Part shown: positions 9,009-18,191 of the stretch, piece by piece | Position numbering within the stretch: the first letter of the stretch is position 1 | How the letters are laid out: each line of letters begins with the position of its first letter | DNA from: Flavobacteriaceae bacterium | GTDB taxonomy: Bacteria > Bacteroidota > Bacteroidia > Flavobacteriales > Flavobacteriaceae | Direction: 5' to 3' | Assembly: GCA_965224465.1 (NCBI GenBank) | Contig: OZ245049.1 | Coordinates: 5,190,001 to 5,222,000, forward strand | Length of the DNA: 32,000 nucleotides | The notes under the pieces: model-generated | Database searches by the model: none | Seen by the model: only the letters and a program-made list of their open reading frames with translations | Told to the model about the DNA's origin: nothing | Program-made: the position numbers and the translations under genes

Positions 9009-11237
9009 TTAAGTGTGTTTGTATATTCGGTCCACTTTTGTGACGCCTTCTATACGTTTTAGAATGGCAACAAGCTTGTCTAATTGTGTTTTGTTTTTGA
9101 TGCTGATAGTCACATTTCCTTCAAAAACACCATCGTTTCCAGAGATGCTTAAATTATGAATATTCACACTCATATTTCCGGAAATTACTTGTGATATCTG
9201 ACTCACCATTCCTACATGATCTATTCCGTGAATACTTAAAATCACTTTAAAGTCTTGCTTGGTAGAGTCGATCCATTTTGCAATCATTATCCTGTAGGCA
9301 AAATTTGCTTGTAGACTAATGGCATTTGGACAATCTTTTTTATGAATTTTGATACCATCATTAATGGTTACAAATCCAAATACGCGGTCTCCAGGGATCG
9401 GGTTGCAGCACATGGCTGGTTTGTAATCCAAGCGTTCTTCTTCTTTTCCAAAAACAAGTAAATCATATTTTTCAGTAATTTCAGGTTTGTTTAAATCTGG
9501 ATTTGGGATGCTTCGTTTCATCCTGTTTTTAAAGAAACTTACTATGGCATTATTTCTTGAAGCAATATATTGTTTCAATTGGTTGTTGTCAATAGATCCC
9601 AAACCAAATTGATAAAACAATTCAAAACTTGTTTTTAACTTAAAAAAGGTAACCAGTTCATTTACTGTTTTTTCATTCAAAGCAATTTTTAAATGCCTTA
9701 GTTTTCTGCCTAATGTTTCTTTTCCTAAATCGGCAATGGCTTTTTGATCTTCTTTTAATGCGGCTTTAATTCTCGCTCTTGCACGTGCAGTTACCACAAA
9801 ATCTAACCATCCTATATTGGGTTTTTGTGCTTTTGAAGTAATTATTTCTACTTGATCTCCGCTTCTTAAAATGTGGCTGATTGGTAATAATTTTCCGTTT
9901 ACTTTAGCACCTCTACACGTCATTCCTACCTGGGTATGAATAGAAAAAGCAAAGTCCAAGGCAGTGGCATCTTTTGGGATGGCTTTTAAATCACCATTGG
10001 GCGTAAATACAAATATTTCTTTTGCGTATAAATTCAATTTAAACGTCTCTACAAAATCCACAGCATTCACCTCTTGGTTTTCCAAGGTCTCTTTCAGCTT
10101 ATTTAGCCAAAGTTCCATGCCGCTTTCCTTCTCTGAATTGTGTTTGTAACGGTAATGTGCGGCATATCCTTTTTCGGCAATTTCGTTCATCCGTTGAGAT
10201 CTAATTTGGACTTCTACCCATTGCCCTTTAGAACCCATTACGGTAATGTGTAAGGCTTCGTATCCCGTGGTTTTAGGTTGGCTTATCCAGTCTCTCAATC
10301 GTACGGGATTTGGATGAAAGTGATTGGTGACAATGGAATATATTTTCCAAGCGTCGAACTTTTCGTTTTTAGAATTAGATTTATAAACAATTCTAATGGC
10401 AAATTTGTCGTAGACTTCTTCAAAGCCTACGCCTTGTGCTTGCATTTTTTTTCGAATTGAATAAATAGATTTTGAGCGTCCTTTTATATAGTAATCAAAG
10501 CCTTCTTCATCTAAAGAATTCTCTATCGTTTTTGAGAAATCACGAATGTAAATCTCTTGTTCTTCTTTACTGGCGGTTATTTTACCTAAGATATCGTTAT
10601 ATTCTTTAGGGTTTGTGTATTTGAGTCCTAAATCTTCTAGTTCTGTTTTTATATTGTAAAGGCCCAATCTATGTGCAAGTGGAGCATAGATATACAATGT
10701 TTCAGATGCAATTTTTATTTGTTTGTGAGGAGGCATTGCATCCATGGTTTGCATATTGTGCAAACGGTCTGCAATTTTAATCAGAATTACACGCACATCA
10801 TCGTTTAATGTCAAGAGCATTTTTCTGAAATTCTCTGCTTGTAAGGAGGCGTTTTGATCTTTTTTAAGATGTGATATTTTTGTTAGACCCGCCACAATAC
10901 GTGCTACCTTTTCTCCAAATAATTGTTCGATATCTTCGGATGTATAGGGAGTGTCTTCTACCACGTCATGTAGCAATGCACACACGATAGATGTTTTTCC
11001 GAGTCCAATTTCGTTGGCAACAATTTTAGCTACTGCTATGGGATGATATATATAAGGTTCACCTGTTTTTCTTCGTTGAGGAGCATGCGCCTCCAAGGCT
11101 AGATTAAACGCTTTTCGTATTAATTTTTTATCGTCTTTCGTAAAACTTTGATACGAGTCTTTTAATAAATCTTTATAACGCCTAGCTATTTCCTTGTTTT
11201 CCTCTTCTTCTTCTTTCGTCATTGAATTGCTCATCAT
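9009..11237 (-). CDS. bifunctional (p)ppGpp synthetase/hydrolase, RelA/SpoT family
   Basis: 742 aa. HD hydrolase motif (LLHDVVEDT), synthetase region (GRSKSIYSIRKKM ... YEALHITV), a TGS domain and a C-terminal ACT-like domain. Confidence 0.95.
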   Translation of the reverse strand: MMSNSMTKEEEEENKEIARRYKDLLKDSYQSFTKDDKKLIRKAFNLALEAHAPQRRKTGEPYIYHPIAVAKIVANEIGLGKTSIVCALLHDVVEDTPYTSEDIEQLFGEKVARIVAGLTKISHLKKDQNASLQAENFRKMLLTLNDDVRVILIKIADRLHNMQTMDAMPPHKQIKIASETLYIYAPLAHRLGLYNIKTELEDLGLKYTNPKEYNDILGKITASKEEQEIYIRDFSKTIENSLDEEGFDYYIKGRSKSIYSIRKKMQAQGVGFEEVYDKFAIRIVYKSNSKNEKFDAWKIYSIVTNHFHPNPVRLRDWISQPKTTGYEALHITVMGSKGQWVEVQIRSQRMNEIAEKGYAAHYRYKHNSEKESGMELWLNKLKETLENQEVNAVDFVETFKLNLYAKEIFVFTPNGDLKAIPKDATALDFAFSIHTQVGMTCRGAKVNGKLLPISHILRSGDQVEIITSKAQKPNIGWLDFVVTARARARIKAALKEDQKAIADLGKETLGRKLRHLKIALNEKTVNELVTFFKLKTSFELFYQFGLGSIDNNQLKQYIASRNNAIVSFFKNRMKRSIPNPDLNKPEITEKYDLLVFGKEEERLDYKPAMCCNPIPGDRVFGFVTINDGIKIHKKDCPNAISLQANFAYRIMIAKWIDSTKQDFKVILSIHGIDHVGMVSQISQVISGNMSVNIHNLSISGNDGVFEGNVTISIKNKTQLDKLVAILKRIEGVTKVDRIYKHT

Positions 11238-11574
11238 TAAATGTAATATTTATTACATGGAAAGCAAACTTTTCTAGTTCTTATTTTAATTTATTAATCC
11301 GCTCTCATAAAGTGGGGTGGGAATACATTATAAATACATACCATGGATGTGGAGTTAAGTTACTGAGGCTCTTTTTAGAAAGTATTTTAAGTGCAAGCAT
11401 TAATACGATGTTGGAATACGTGTTTTTAGCAAAGTTACCTGCTTGATATTCAGATTTTTTAAAGGTTAAATTCCTGATAATTTTAGTAAATATCGAAATT
11501 GGTGCGTATAAAAACACAAAAACGACCAATCTTATATGAAAACTTGCTGCTTTTAGTCCTAAAACATGTGAATA

Positions 11575-11624
11575 ATACCAAATACATTTTCAAGTGACGT
11601 TTAGAAATGGAATTATTTTTTATT
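11575..11624 (+). repeat. repeat family, 5' ~50-nt part (B1), separated from its 3' part by B2
   Basis: ataccaaatacattttcaagtgacgtttagaaatggaattatttttt matches the first third of copies A, D, E and F. Confidence 0.85.
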
Positions 11625-11699
11625 ATACCAAATTAAATTTCCAAGAGACGGTTTAAAAACAAACTATTTATATAGGTCATTTTGGATTTTAATTGATAT
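11625..11699 (+). mobile_element. 75-nt termini-only mini copy (B2) of the repeat family, apparently inserted into another copy
   Basis: It has both ends of the family (ataccaaattaaatttccaagagacggttta ... aaaacaaactatttatataggtcattttggattttaattgatat) but lacks the ~85-nt internal hairpin region. It is flanked by the two halves of a full copy. Confidence 0.7.
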
Positions 11700-11810
11700 T
11701 ATAGCTAGGCGAAAATCCTAAGGATAGCCTTAGCGATTGTTCTATTTTTCAGCAACGCTAGCACGTAAAACAACCTATTTATATCGCTTATTTTGGATTG
11801 TAATTGGTGT
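11700..11810 (+). repeat. repeat family, 3' ~110-nt part (B3)
   Basis: tatagctaggcgaaaatcctaaggatagccttagcg...cgcttattttggattgtaattggtgt aligns with the 3' two thirds of the full copies. Confidence 0.88.
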
Positions 11811-11842
11811 TAATAATAAGGCAATAACAGAACCTACTGCCA

Positions 11843-12304
11843 TTAGTTGTTTCTTAAAACTCTCCGTGCTTGTAAATAGTGTTTTTTCCAATACGGATTG
11901 TTTAGTTTTGTTTTGCTAACTCCAGAAGATGATGCGCTATGGATAAAAGAATTGTCTCCTACGTAAATTCCAACATGATAGTATTTTTTGGAGGGTTTAA
12001 AAAAAAGTAAGTCACCCAATTGATAGTTTTTTTTAGAGACCTTTTTTCCAATAGAAATTTGCTTGCGTGTAGTACGTGGTATTTTGATATTAAATGCTTC
12101 TTGATATACTTTTTGGACAAATCCAGAACAGTCAAATCCGTTACTGTTTGTGCCTCCATATCTATAAGGAGTGTGTTTGTATTTACTATAAATACGGACT
12201 AATTTTTCTTTTTTGGAAGATTTTCTAGGGGTATGAGTTGTTTTTTTTGCTCCGCAAGAGCTTAATATTAAGGTAAAGATAAAAAGAATAAAAAATTGTT
12301 TCAT
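11843..12304 (-). CDS. NlpC/P60 (C40) peptidoglycan hydrolase lipoprotein
   Basis: GFDCSGFVQKVY catalytic Cys motif, HVGIYVG and FIHAS. I moved the start to the ATG at 12304, giving MKQFFILFIFTLILSSCG with signal peptide and lipobox. The longer track ORF overlaps trmH. Confidence 0.88.
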   Translation of the reverse strand: MKQFFILFIFTLILSSCGAKKTTHTPRKSSKKEKLVRIYSKYKHTPYRYGGTNSNGFDCSGFVQKVYQEAFNIKIPRTTRKQISIGKKVSKKNYQLGDLLFFKPSKKYYHVGIYVGDNSFIHSASSSGVSKTKLNNPYWKKHYLQARRVLRNN

Positions 12305-12305
12305 A

Positions 12306-13103
12306 TTATATATTTCGTTGTCTAGTGGCTTCAAAGATTATGATGGCAGCGGATACAGATACATTCATAGAATCTATTTTACCGCGCATTGGTATGATTA
12401 TATTTTGGGTGGTATTGGACAGGAATTCTTCGGATAAACCAGTGGCTTCAGTTCCCATAACAATGGCACAGGCCTGTTTGTAATCTACTTCTGTATACGG
12501 AATGGATGCTGTTAATGCAGCTCCGTATATAGCGATGTTTTTCTCTTTTAAAAAAGCTAAAATTTCGGTGCTACTACCTAAGGCAATTTGTGTGGTAAAC
12601 ACACAGCCTACACTAGAGCGTACTACATTTTGGTTGTAGAGATCTGTTTTAGGGTTTGCAATAATTATAGCATCTATGTTTGCGGCATCGGCGGTTCTAA
12701 GTAAGGCGCCGATATTACCTGGTTTTTCGGGGGCTTCTGCAATTAAAATGAGTGGCGTTTTTGTATTAAATGTAAGTGATTCTAAATTCAAAGATAAACT
12801 GTATGCGACAGCAATAAGTCCTTCTGTAGATTCTCTATAAGCTAGTTTTTTGTAGACTTCTTTTGATAGCACAATAATTTCTACATCTTTGGAGGGGTTT
12901 AAAAAGTTTAACTCCGTAGAAATGTCTATTTCTTCAGAAATTAAAATTGTTTTTAGTTGATAGTTCCCCATTAATGCCAATGAGATTTCTCGGGATCCTT
13001 CTATTAAAAATAGCCCTGATTTTTTTCGCTCTCGAGATTTTTCTTTTAGTTTAATCAATTGCTTGATGAGTGGGTTTTGTAAGCTTTCAATTTTTTTATG
13101 CAT
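12306..13103 (-). CDS. TrmH/SpoU-family RNA 2'-O-methyltransferase
   Basis: SpoU motifs GNIGALLRTADAANID, IVMGTEATGLS and IPMRGKIDSMNVSVSAAIIIFE. Confidence 0.9.
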   Translation of the reverse strand: MHKKIESLQNPLIKQLIKLKEKSRERKKSGLFLIEGSREISLALMGNYQLKTILISEEIDISTELNFLNPSKDVEIIVLSKEVYKKLAYRESTEGLIAVAYSLSLNLESLTFNTKTPLILIAEAPEKPGNIGALLRTADAANIDAIIIANPKTDLYNQNVVRSSVGCVFTTQIALGSSTEILAFLKEKNIAIYGAALTASIPYTEVDYKQACAIVMGTEATGLSEEFLSNTTQNIIIPMRGKIDSMNVSVSAAIIIFEATRQRNI

Positions 13104-13141
13104 AGGACAAAAATAAGTTAAAAATACCTTTATTTCGTAGC

Positions 13142-14242
13142 TTACTTTGACTCTTTTTTTTTCATCATTAATTCTTCTGGTTTCTGAGCGTAATAATTAA
13201 TAAGAAGTAACACCATTTTGTTGTAACTTTTAATGCCATCTTTTTGTTTGTTTGATTTCAAAAATAAGTGATATCCTTTCTTTACATAGGGTTCAAAGGG
13301 GTTTTTATACTGCATTCGTAACGTGTAGTATGCTTGAAGATCCTTTTTGACTCCCTTATTTAATTGTTTAAATAGTTTTTTGAAAACAATGCTATCTCGC
13401 TTACGGAATTCATAAACACTGTGTAGCATAGCGTTTTTGTATCCAGAATATTGAAAAAAGATATCGGAATGTTGTGTAGATGCTAGAAAACCAATAAATT
13501 CTGCTTCGTTTTCTGCGGCATATCCTATCTGATGTGCCATTTCATGACTGATAGTGCTCGGAGCATTGCTGAGAAGTCCGTTTGTGTTAATATGTGCTTC
13601 TCCCGTTAAGGGGTTTAAGTAGCCGCCAACACCTATATAGCTTTGAAAAGTACTCATTAACGAACTTTTTATGGAAGGGGTTTTATAGCTTAAGAATGGG
13701 TATAGGTCTTTTAGTTTTTCATATCCTTTAGGTGCTAAGAGGTACATTTCCTTGTAGTTGTACGGGATTTTTACCTGGATGCTGTCTGTGCCCATCAAGT
13801 TTAATTGTAGTGCATTTGTTCTTTTGATTAGGTAGGTAGCTACTGTTTCTAATTGGTCATTGGAATATTCCTCTATGGTGAAATTTAGTTTTTCAGACAA
13901 TGGAAGTCTGAAATAGTTGAGCCCCCAGTTAAAATAAAAGAAAAAAAGTAAGACAGATAACCATGATAAAAGAAGCGTGGCTGTTTTTTGAAGGGTTATT
14001 TTCTTTTTTATCAGTCGAAACAATGTCCTGATAAAAAGTCCAATTAGGGTGAATAAAAATAGGTCTCCCACAGAAAAAGGTATCCATCCTGTTAAAGTTC
14101 TCCAAAATTGAGCAATATAAGGATACATTCCATGGGCGTAATACAATTCTATAAATTGTGGAAAACACCCGATTATACGTATAAAAATAAGCTGTATAAA
14201 TAGGAAAAAGAGTAGGTACCTTTGTGTCTTAAATTTTCTCAT
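13142..14242 (-). CDS. DUF3810-family membrane protein with an HExxH metalloprotease-like motif
   Basis: N-terminal TM helices and a SHEMAHQIGY (HExxH) motif. The start is set to the ATG at 14242; the track start at 14248 is a TTG two codons upstream. Confidence 0.75.
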   Translation of the reverse strand: MRKFKTQRYLLFFLFIQLIFIRIIGCFPQFIELYYAHGMYPYIAQFWRTLTGWIPFSVGDLFLFTLIGLFIRTLFRLIKKKITLQKTATLLLSWLSVLLFFFYFNWGLNYFRLPLSEKLNFTIEEYSNDQLETVATYLIKRTNALQLNLMGTDSIQVKIPYNYKEMYLLAPKGYEKLKDLYPFLSYKTPSIKSSLMSTFQSYIGVGGYLNPLTGEAHINTNGLLSNAPSTISHEMAHQIGYAAENEAEFIGFLASTQHSDIFFQYSGYKNAMLHSVYEFRKRDSIVFKKLFKQLNKGVKKDLQAYYTLRMQYKNPFEPYVKKGYHLFLKSNKQKDGIKSYNKMVLLLINYYAQKPEELMMKKKESK

Positions 14243-14438
14243 GTTCAAAAATACTGATTAAAACAAAACGATTCGCGTTGAATTTAAAATATTATTGAGA
14301 ATTATGAATCGTTAAGATATTTATTCGAGTTCATACAATACACCGTTTTTTGATTCGTCAGAAGACCATGCTATTATTGTTAAAAAATCCTGTTCCAAAT
14401 AGGGGTGAGGTATACGTTCAATTCATTAAATTTTAGCT

Positions 14439-14446
14439 TATATTTG
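14439..14446 (+). promoter_or_regulatory. Bacteroidetes-type -7 box (TAtaTTTG) upstream of aroQ
   Basis: Exact TAnnTTTG match, 40 nt upstream of the ATG at 14486. Confidence 0.4.
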
Positions 14447-14485
14447 AAATCGAAAGTGCTATTGCTTTCTATTTTTTATTTTTTT

Positions 14486-14899
14486 ATGAAACTACTCATC
14501 CTAAATGGTCCAAATCTAAATTTACTAGGGAAACGTGAACCAGAAATATACGGTTCAGATACCTTTGAAGACTATTATAAAAAATTACAGGAGAAATTCT
14601 CTAAGATTGATTTTGAATACTACCAATCCAATATAGAAGGAGAATTGATTGATAAAATACATGAAGTAGGTTTTATCTATGATGGTATTGTGTTAAATGC
14701 GGGGGCTTATACACATACGTCAATTGCTATTGGAGATGCCATTAAGGGAATAGCGTGTCCTGTAATAGAAGTGCATATTTCAAATGTACATGCAAGAGAA
14801 TCCTTTAGACATACGTCTTATATCGCACCCAATGCAAAGGGAGTTATTTCTGGATTTGGAATGAAAAGTTATGCCTTGGCAGTGGAAAGTTTTTTATAA
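14486..14899 (+). CDS. aroQ: type II 3-dehydroquinate dehydratase
   Basis: MKLLILNGPNLNLLGKREPEIYG N-terminus, with NAGAYTHTSIA and EVHISN motifs. The 27-codon upstream extension in the track (GTG at 14405) is not family-like. Confidence 0.93.
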   Translation: MKLLILNGPNLNLLGKREPEIYGSDTFEDYYKKLQEKFSKIDFEYYQSNIEGELIDKIHEVGFIYDGIVLNAGAYTHTSIAIGDAIKGIACPVIEVHISNVHARESFRHTSYIAPNAKGVISGFGMKSYALAVESFL

Positions 14900-14940
14900 A
14901 AAGCGAATGCTACGTGTGTTTTTAATTCCTTCACGGAGGA

Positions 14941-15050
14941 TTTATAGCTAGGCGGAAAATCTAAGGATACCCTTAGCTATCGTTCTGTTTTTCAATAACG
15001 ATAGAACGTAAAATAAACTATTTATATCGGTCATTTTGGATTGTAATTGA
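14941..15050 (+). repeat. repeat family, 5'-truncated copy C (3' ~110 nt only)
   Basis: tttatagctaggcggaaaatctaaggatacccttagctatcgttctg...aaactatttatatcggtcattttggattgtaattga. It starts at the same internal point as B3. Confidence 0.88.
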
Positions 15051-15351
15051 ATTGTTCGATGCGCTATCTAGAGATAGAAAATAGTTTTTCGGAAGCATAT
15101 CTCGTATCCTTGGTGCGAGGCGGTTGTTTTTTGTTTTGTAATTCTTTTTTGATTCCTGACTTTTACAAGGGATAAACGGTTGGTCTAAGTTCAAATTATA
15201 CTCCTTTCCAGTAATCTATAACGCTATTTTTAAGTCGTAAATCAACATTTAAAGCATTCAGTTTTTTTGTATTTACTAAAGATAGGTTCATTTTTAGAAT
15301 CACTAACATTAACGAGTGGAGGGCTGTTTTAAGCTTTTTAAAATCGTATTT

Positions 15352-15512
15352 ATATCAAAAAAAATTCCAAGTGACGGTTTAGAAATGGAATTATCTTTTG
15401 TTTTATCTAAGCGATAAAGGGAAGGATAGCCTTAGCTATCGTTTTGTTTTTTAACAATGCCAGAACGTAAAATAAACTATGTATATCGGTTATTTTGGAT
15501 TGTAATTGGTAT
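15352..15512 (+). repeat. repeat family, full copy D
   Basis: atatcaaaaaaaattccaagtgacggtttagaaatggaattatc...tatatcggttattttggattgtaattggtat. In the family the outermost ATACCAA/TTGGTAT are exact inverted repeats (exact in E); D has one mismatch in the 5' arm (atatcaa). Confidence 0.9.
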
Positions 15513-15857
15513 TGTTGTGTCGGAAGAACATACTTGTAGCTTTAGAAAATTGCAAAGACTTATTGTAAACAGCTGCTAAAATGATATTTTTTTAGACCTG
15601 CCTGAGAGTGATCTGTTTTTTAGCAATGTATTTGTTTGCATCTACCATTTAAAGGAAAGCGTTCTTTTTTTTTGAAATCGTTTGTTTAGAATTTTAATAC
15701 ATCAAAAATGACGCGATTATTTTACAAATAATTAAAGATCTTAAGTGAATTAGAAGTGCTAAAATTAAGTGCCTACAACATTGGTGGTAGGACGATTTGT
15801 TTTTATAGTAAAAGGATTAAAAAAACAGTATTTTTTATGTAAACACGTATAAAACAG

Positions 15858-15865
15858 TATATTTG
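15858..15865 (+). promoter_or_regulatory. Bacteroidetes-type -7 box (TAtaTTTG) upstream of the small OMP gene
   Basis: Exact TAnnTTTG match, 34 nt upstream of the ATG at 15899. Confidence 0.4.
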
Positions 15866-15898
15866 AAGTTGATTAATTAATATAAAAATTAAATTGTT

Positions 15899-16411
15899 AT
15901 GAAAAAAGTATTATTAATGTCCATTATTGCACTTATTTCTTCGGTCTCTGTTATTGCTCAGGAAGGAAGTTTTAAAGCAGGTATTCATGTTGGGATTCCA
16001 ACAGGAGATATAGAGAAGGTGTCTTCTTTTAATGCAGGTTTAGACCTTACTTATTTATTTAGTATAAATGATGATTTTAAAGTAGGGGGAACAATTGGCT
16101 ATACAAATTTCTTTGGTAAAACGATAACATCTTCATTCGCTGGATCTTCGGTTAGTATTAGTACAGATGATGTTTCTTTTATTCCTCTTGCTGCTTCAAT
16201 AGAATATGGGCTATCTCCAAAATTCTATTTGGGGGCAGATTTAGGGTATGCAATTAGTACAGATGATGATATTGATGGAGGTTTATATTACCAACCTAAA
16301 ATTGGTTATAATGCTACGGATGTTATTGATATTTTCTTTGCTTATAAAGGCATTGCTATAGATGATCTATCGGTAGGAGTCATTTCTTTAGGTGCTGCGT
16401 ATAAGTTCTAA
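15899..16411 (+). CDS. small outer-membrane beta-barrel protein
   Basis: 170 aa. Signal peptide (LISSVSVIAQE), alternating hydrophobic beta-strand pattern, and a C-terminal ...GAAYKF typical of OMP termini. Confidence 0.75.
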   Translation: MKKVLLMSIIALISSVSVIAQEGSFKAGIHVGIPTGDIEKVSSFNAGLDLTYLFSINDDFKVGGTIGYTNFFGKTITSSFAGSSVSISTDDVSFIPLAASIEYGLSPKFYLGADLGYAISTDDDIDGGLYYQPKIGYNATDVIDIFFAYKGIAIDDLSVGVISLGAAYKF

Positions 16412-16428
16412 GGTCAAATAAATAGTTT

Positions 16429-16461
16429 AAAAAAGAGGAAGTTAATGCTTCCTCTTTTTTT
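16429..16461. terminator. bidirectional intrinsic terminator between convergent genes
   Basis: aaaaaagaggaag pairs with cttcctcttttttt. The hairpin is flanked by an A-run and a T-run, so it fits both strands. Confidence 0.8.
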
Positions 16462-16478
16462 GTGTACAAACACAAGGT

Positions 16479-18170
16479 TTACATTTTAGAATCTATATAA
16501 GCGATGACCTCTTTTTCAGCAGCCAGCGTATCTTCATATATTTTTTTAGATTTTGCTAAAATAGCTTCTGCAAAAACACGGTCTTTAATGTCTTTTGCAT
16601 TGATTCTCACATTAAAATAAGCACCAATCACAGCCGTTCTAGCACATAAAACACCTACAGCACTATCAGATAAAGAACTTTGCATTCCCTTTTTGATCAT
16701 TGCTTGCATTACTTCTATAGAATTGTAAGCAGTTTCCATAACTTGAAAAGGAATTTCAGTGGCGTATATTGTTGCTTTTTCTATGGCTTGCTTACGTGCT
16801 TCTTTTTCTGTATCGTTGGTTTTTGGCATTCTAAAACCATCAATTATTTTATTAAAAGCATGGGTGTCTTCATCAACTAAAAATAAGAGTCTATTTTTAT
16901 AGGCTTGTCCTTTTACTGCCCATTCAGAAAAGAATTCCCATTGATCATCCCATCCTGCTTTGTGTGCCGATAAATTAGCAACCATAGTTCCTAAAGAAAC
17001 GCCTAAAGTACCTACATAGGCAGCAATAGAACCACCACCTGGAGCCATTGATTCTCCAGCAGTTTCTTCCGCAAAATTGGCAATAGTTAAGTCCACTAAT
17101 TTTTCGCTTGAATCCTCTAGTAGATATTCAATAATACGTTCTTTGGGATGGAAAGGTTTTAAATCATCCAGTCCGAGTGACTTGACGGCAATTTTTATTT
17201 TTTCTACATCACTAATTCCTAAAGATCGTTCTTGTTTTTTTAAAAAGAAATCTCCTGCGTCCAACATTGCTTTTAAGGGAATTAAACCTATCAATTCAGA
17301 GCCTGTAACGCGCATTCCTCTTTCTGTAGCAGATTTTACGGTTTCGTCAAAAGCAACATGCATGGACGTGATATTGATATTGGTTAGGTTGTATGAAATT
17401 TGTGCAATTCCATACTCTTCTATAAACCATCCAATTCCTTTTACAGCTTTTAGTTTTCCTGGGATACGAATAGGCTCCCCATTGGCATCTAAAACTTTTT
17501 TACCTGTAGCTTTATTTCCTTCTCTTTTTACACGTCCGGCTTCTCTTATATCAAACGCTATGGCATTGGCTCTACGCGTAGAGGTAGTGTTTATATTTAC
17601 ATTATAGGCAATTAAAAAATCTCGTGCAGAAATAGCTGTTACACCACTTTTTGCAACCTGTTCATTGTATGTTGTTGGTCCGTAATCTGGTGCCCATTCT
17701 GGCTTAGAGAATTTTTCTTTCAAGCCTTCATACTCTCCAGATCTACAATTTGCTAGATTGATGCGTTTTTCTTCTTTGGCAGCGTTCTCATAAAAATAAC
17801 CAGAAATTCCTAGCTCCTTTCCTACACGTTCCCCTAATTTATGTGCATATTTTGCAGTGTCTTCCATAGATATGTTCGCTATAGGAACAAGCGGACATAC
17901 ATCGGTTGCCCCAAATCTTGGATGCTCACCTGTTTGTTTGCGCATGTCTATAAGTTCCGATGCTTTCTTAATTAATAGAAATGCAGCATCTATTACTTTT
18001 GAAGGTTCTCCGACAAAGGTAATTACGGTTCGGTTTGTAGCCTTTCCTGGGTCTACATCCAGCAATTTAACTCCTTCTACCGTTTCTACGACTGCAGCAA
18101 TTGCATTAATTTTATTCATATCACGTCCTTCACTTATGTTAGGAACGCATTCTATTAATTGTGTATTCAT
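16479..18170 (-). CDS. bifunctional glutamate formimidoyltransferase / formimidoyltetrahydrofolate cyclodeaminase
   Basis: 563 aa. The N-terminus ECVPNISEGRD is typical of formiminotransferase, and a C-terminal ~200-aa helical cyclodeaminase-like domain is fused in frame. Confidence 0.85.
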   Translation of the reverse strand: MNTQLIECVPNISEGRDMNKINAIAAVVETVEGVKLLDVDPGKATNRTVITFVGEPSKVIDAAFLLIKKASELIDMRKQTGEHPRFGATDVCPLVPIANISMEDTAKYAHKLGERVGKELGISGYFYENAAKEEKRINLANCRSGEYEGLKEKFSKPEWAPDYGPTTYNEQVAKSGVTAISARDFLIAYNVNINTTSTRRANAIAFDIREAGRVKREGNKATGKKVLDANGEPIRIPGKLKAVKGIGWFIEEYGIAQISYNLTNINITSMHVAFDETVKSATERGMRVTGSELIGLIPLKAMLDAGDFFLKKQERSLGISDVEKIKIAVKSLGLDDLKPFHPKERIIEYLLEDSSEKLVDLTIANFAEETAGESMAPGGGSIAAYVGTLGVSLGTMVANLSAHKAGWDDQWEFFSEWAVKGQAYKNRLLFLVDEDTHAFNKIIDGFRMPKTNDTEKEARKQAIEKATIYATEIPFQVMETAYNSIEVMQAMIKKGMQSSLSDSAVGVLCARTAVIGAYFNVRINAKDIKDRVFAEAILAKSKKIYEDTLAAEKEVIAYIDSKM

Positions 18171-18191
18171 TGTGTGTTTAATTTAGTCTCT

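Noticed and set aside
11222-11919. ORFs 11222..11446 (+), 11305..11529 (-) and 11737..11919 (+) in the relA/spoT-nlpC spacer.
   Set aside because: They are mutually overlapping, have no motifs, and the last one runs through repeat part B3 and into the nlpC 3' end. I treat them as spurious, although a small real gene at 11300-11530 cannot be excluded without expression data.
13108-13115. Exact -7-box match (CAAAaaTA on the + strand) upstream of trmH.
   Set aside because: It lies only 5 nt from the trmH start codon, too close for a normal leader. I did not list it as a promoter.
14405-14485. N-terminal extensions offered by the ORF track: aroQ from GTG 14405, the tlpA-like gene from TTG 3398, nlpC from 12334, and DUF3810 from TTG 14248.
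   Set aside because: The extensions start on non-ATG codons or overlap terminators or neighbouring genes, and they add non-family-like residues. Internal ATG starts give canonical N-termini (MKLLILNGPN..., signal peptide plus lipobox, and so on).
17077-17607. Long antisense ORFs inside confident genes: 17077..17607 and 17857..18186 within the formimidoyltransferase gene, 28216..28683 within the membrane-protein gene, 25895..26224 within recQ, 30863..31195 within lpdA, 5024..5332, and 22890..23204.
   Set aside because: These are shadow ORFs on the opposite strand of genes with strong family motifs. They have low-complexity, Ser/Phe/Ile-rich translations and no recognisable motifs.
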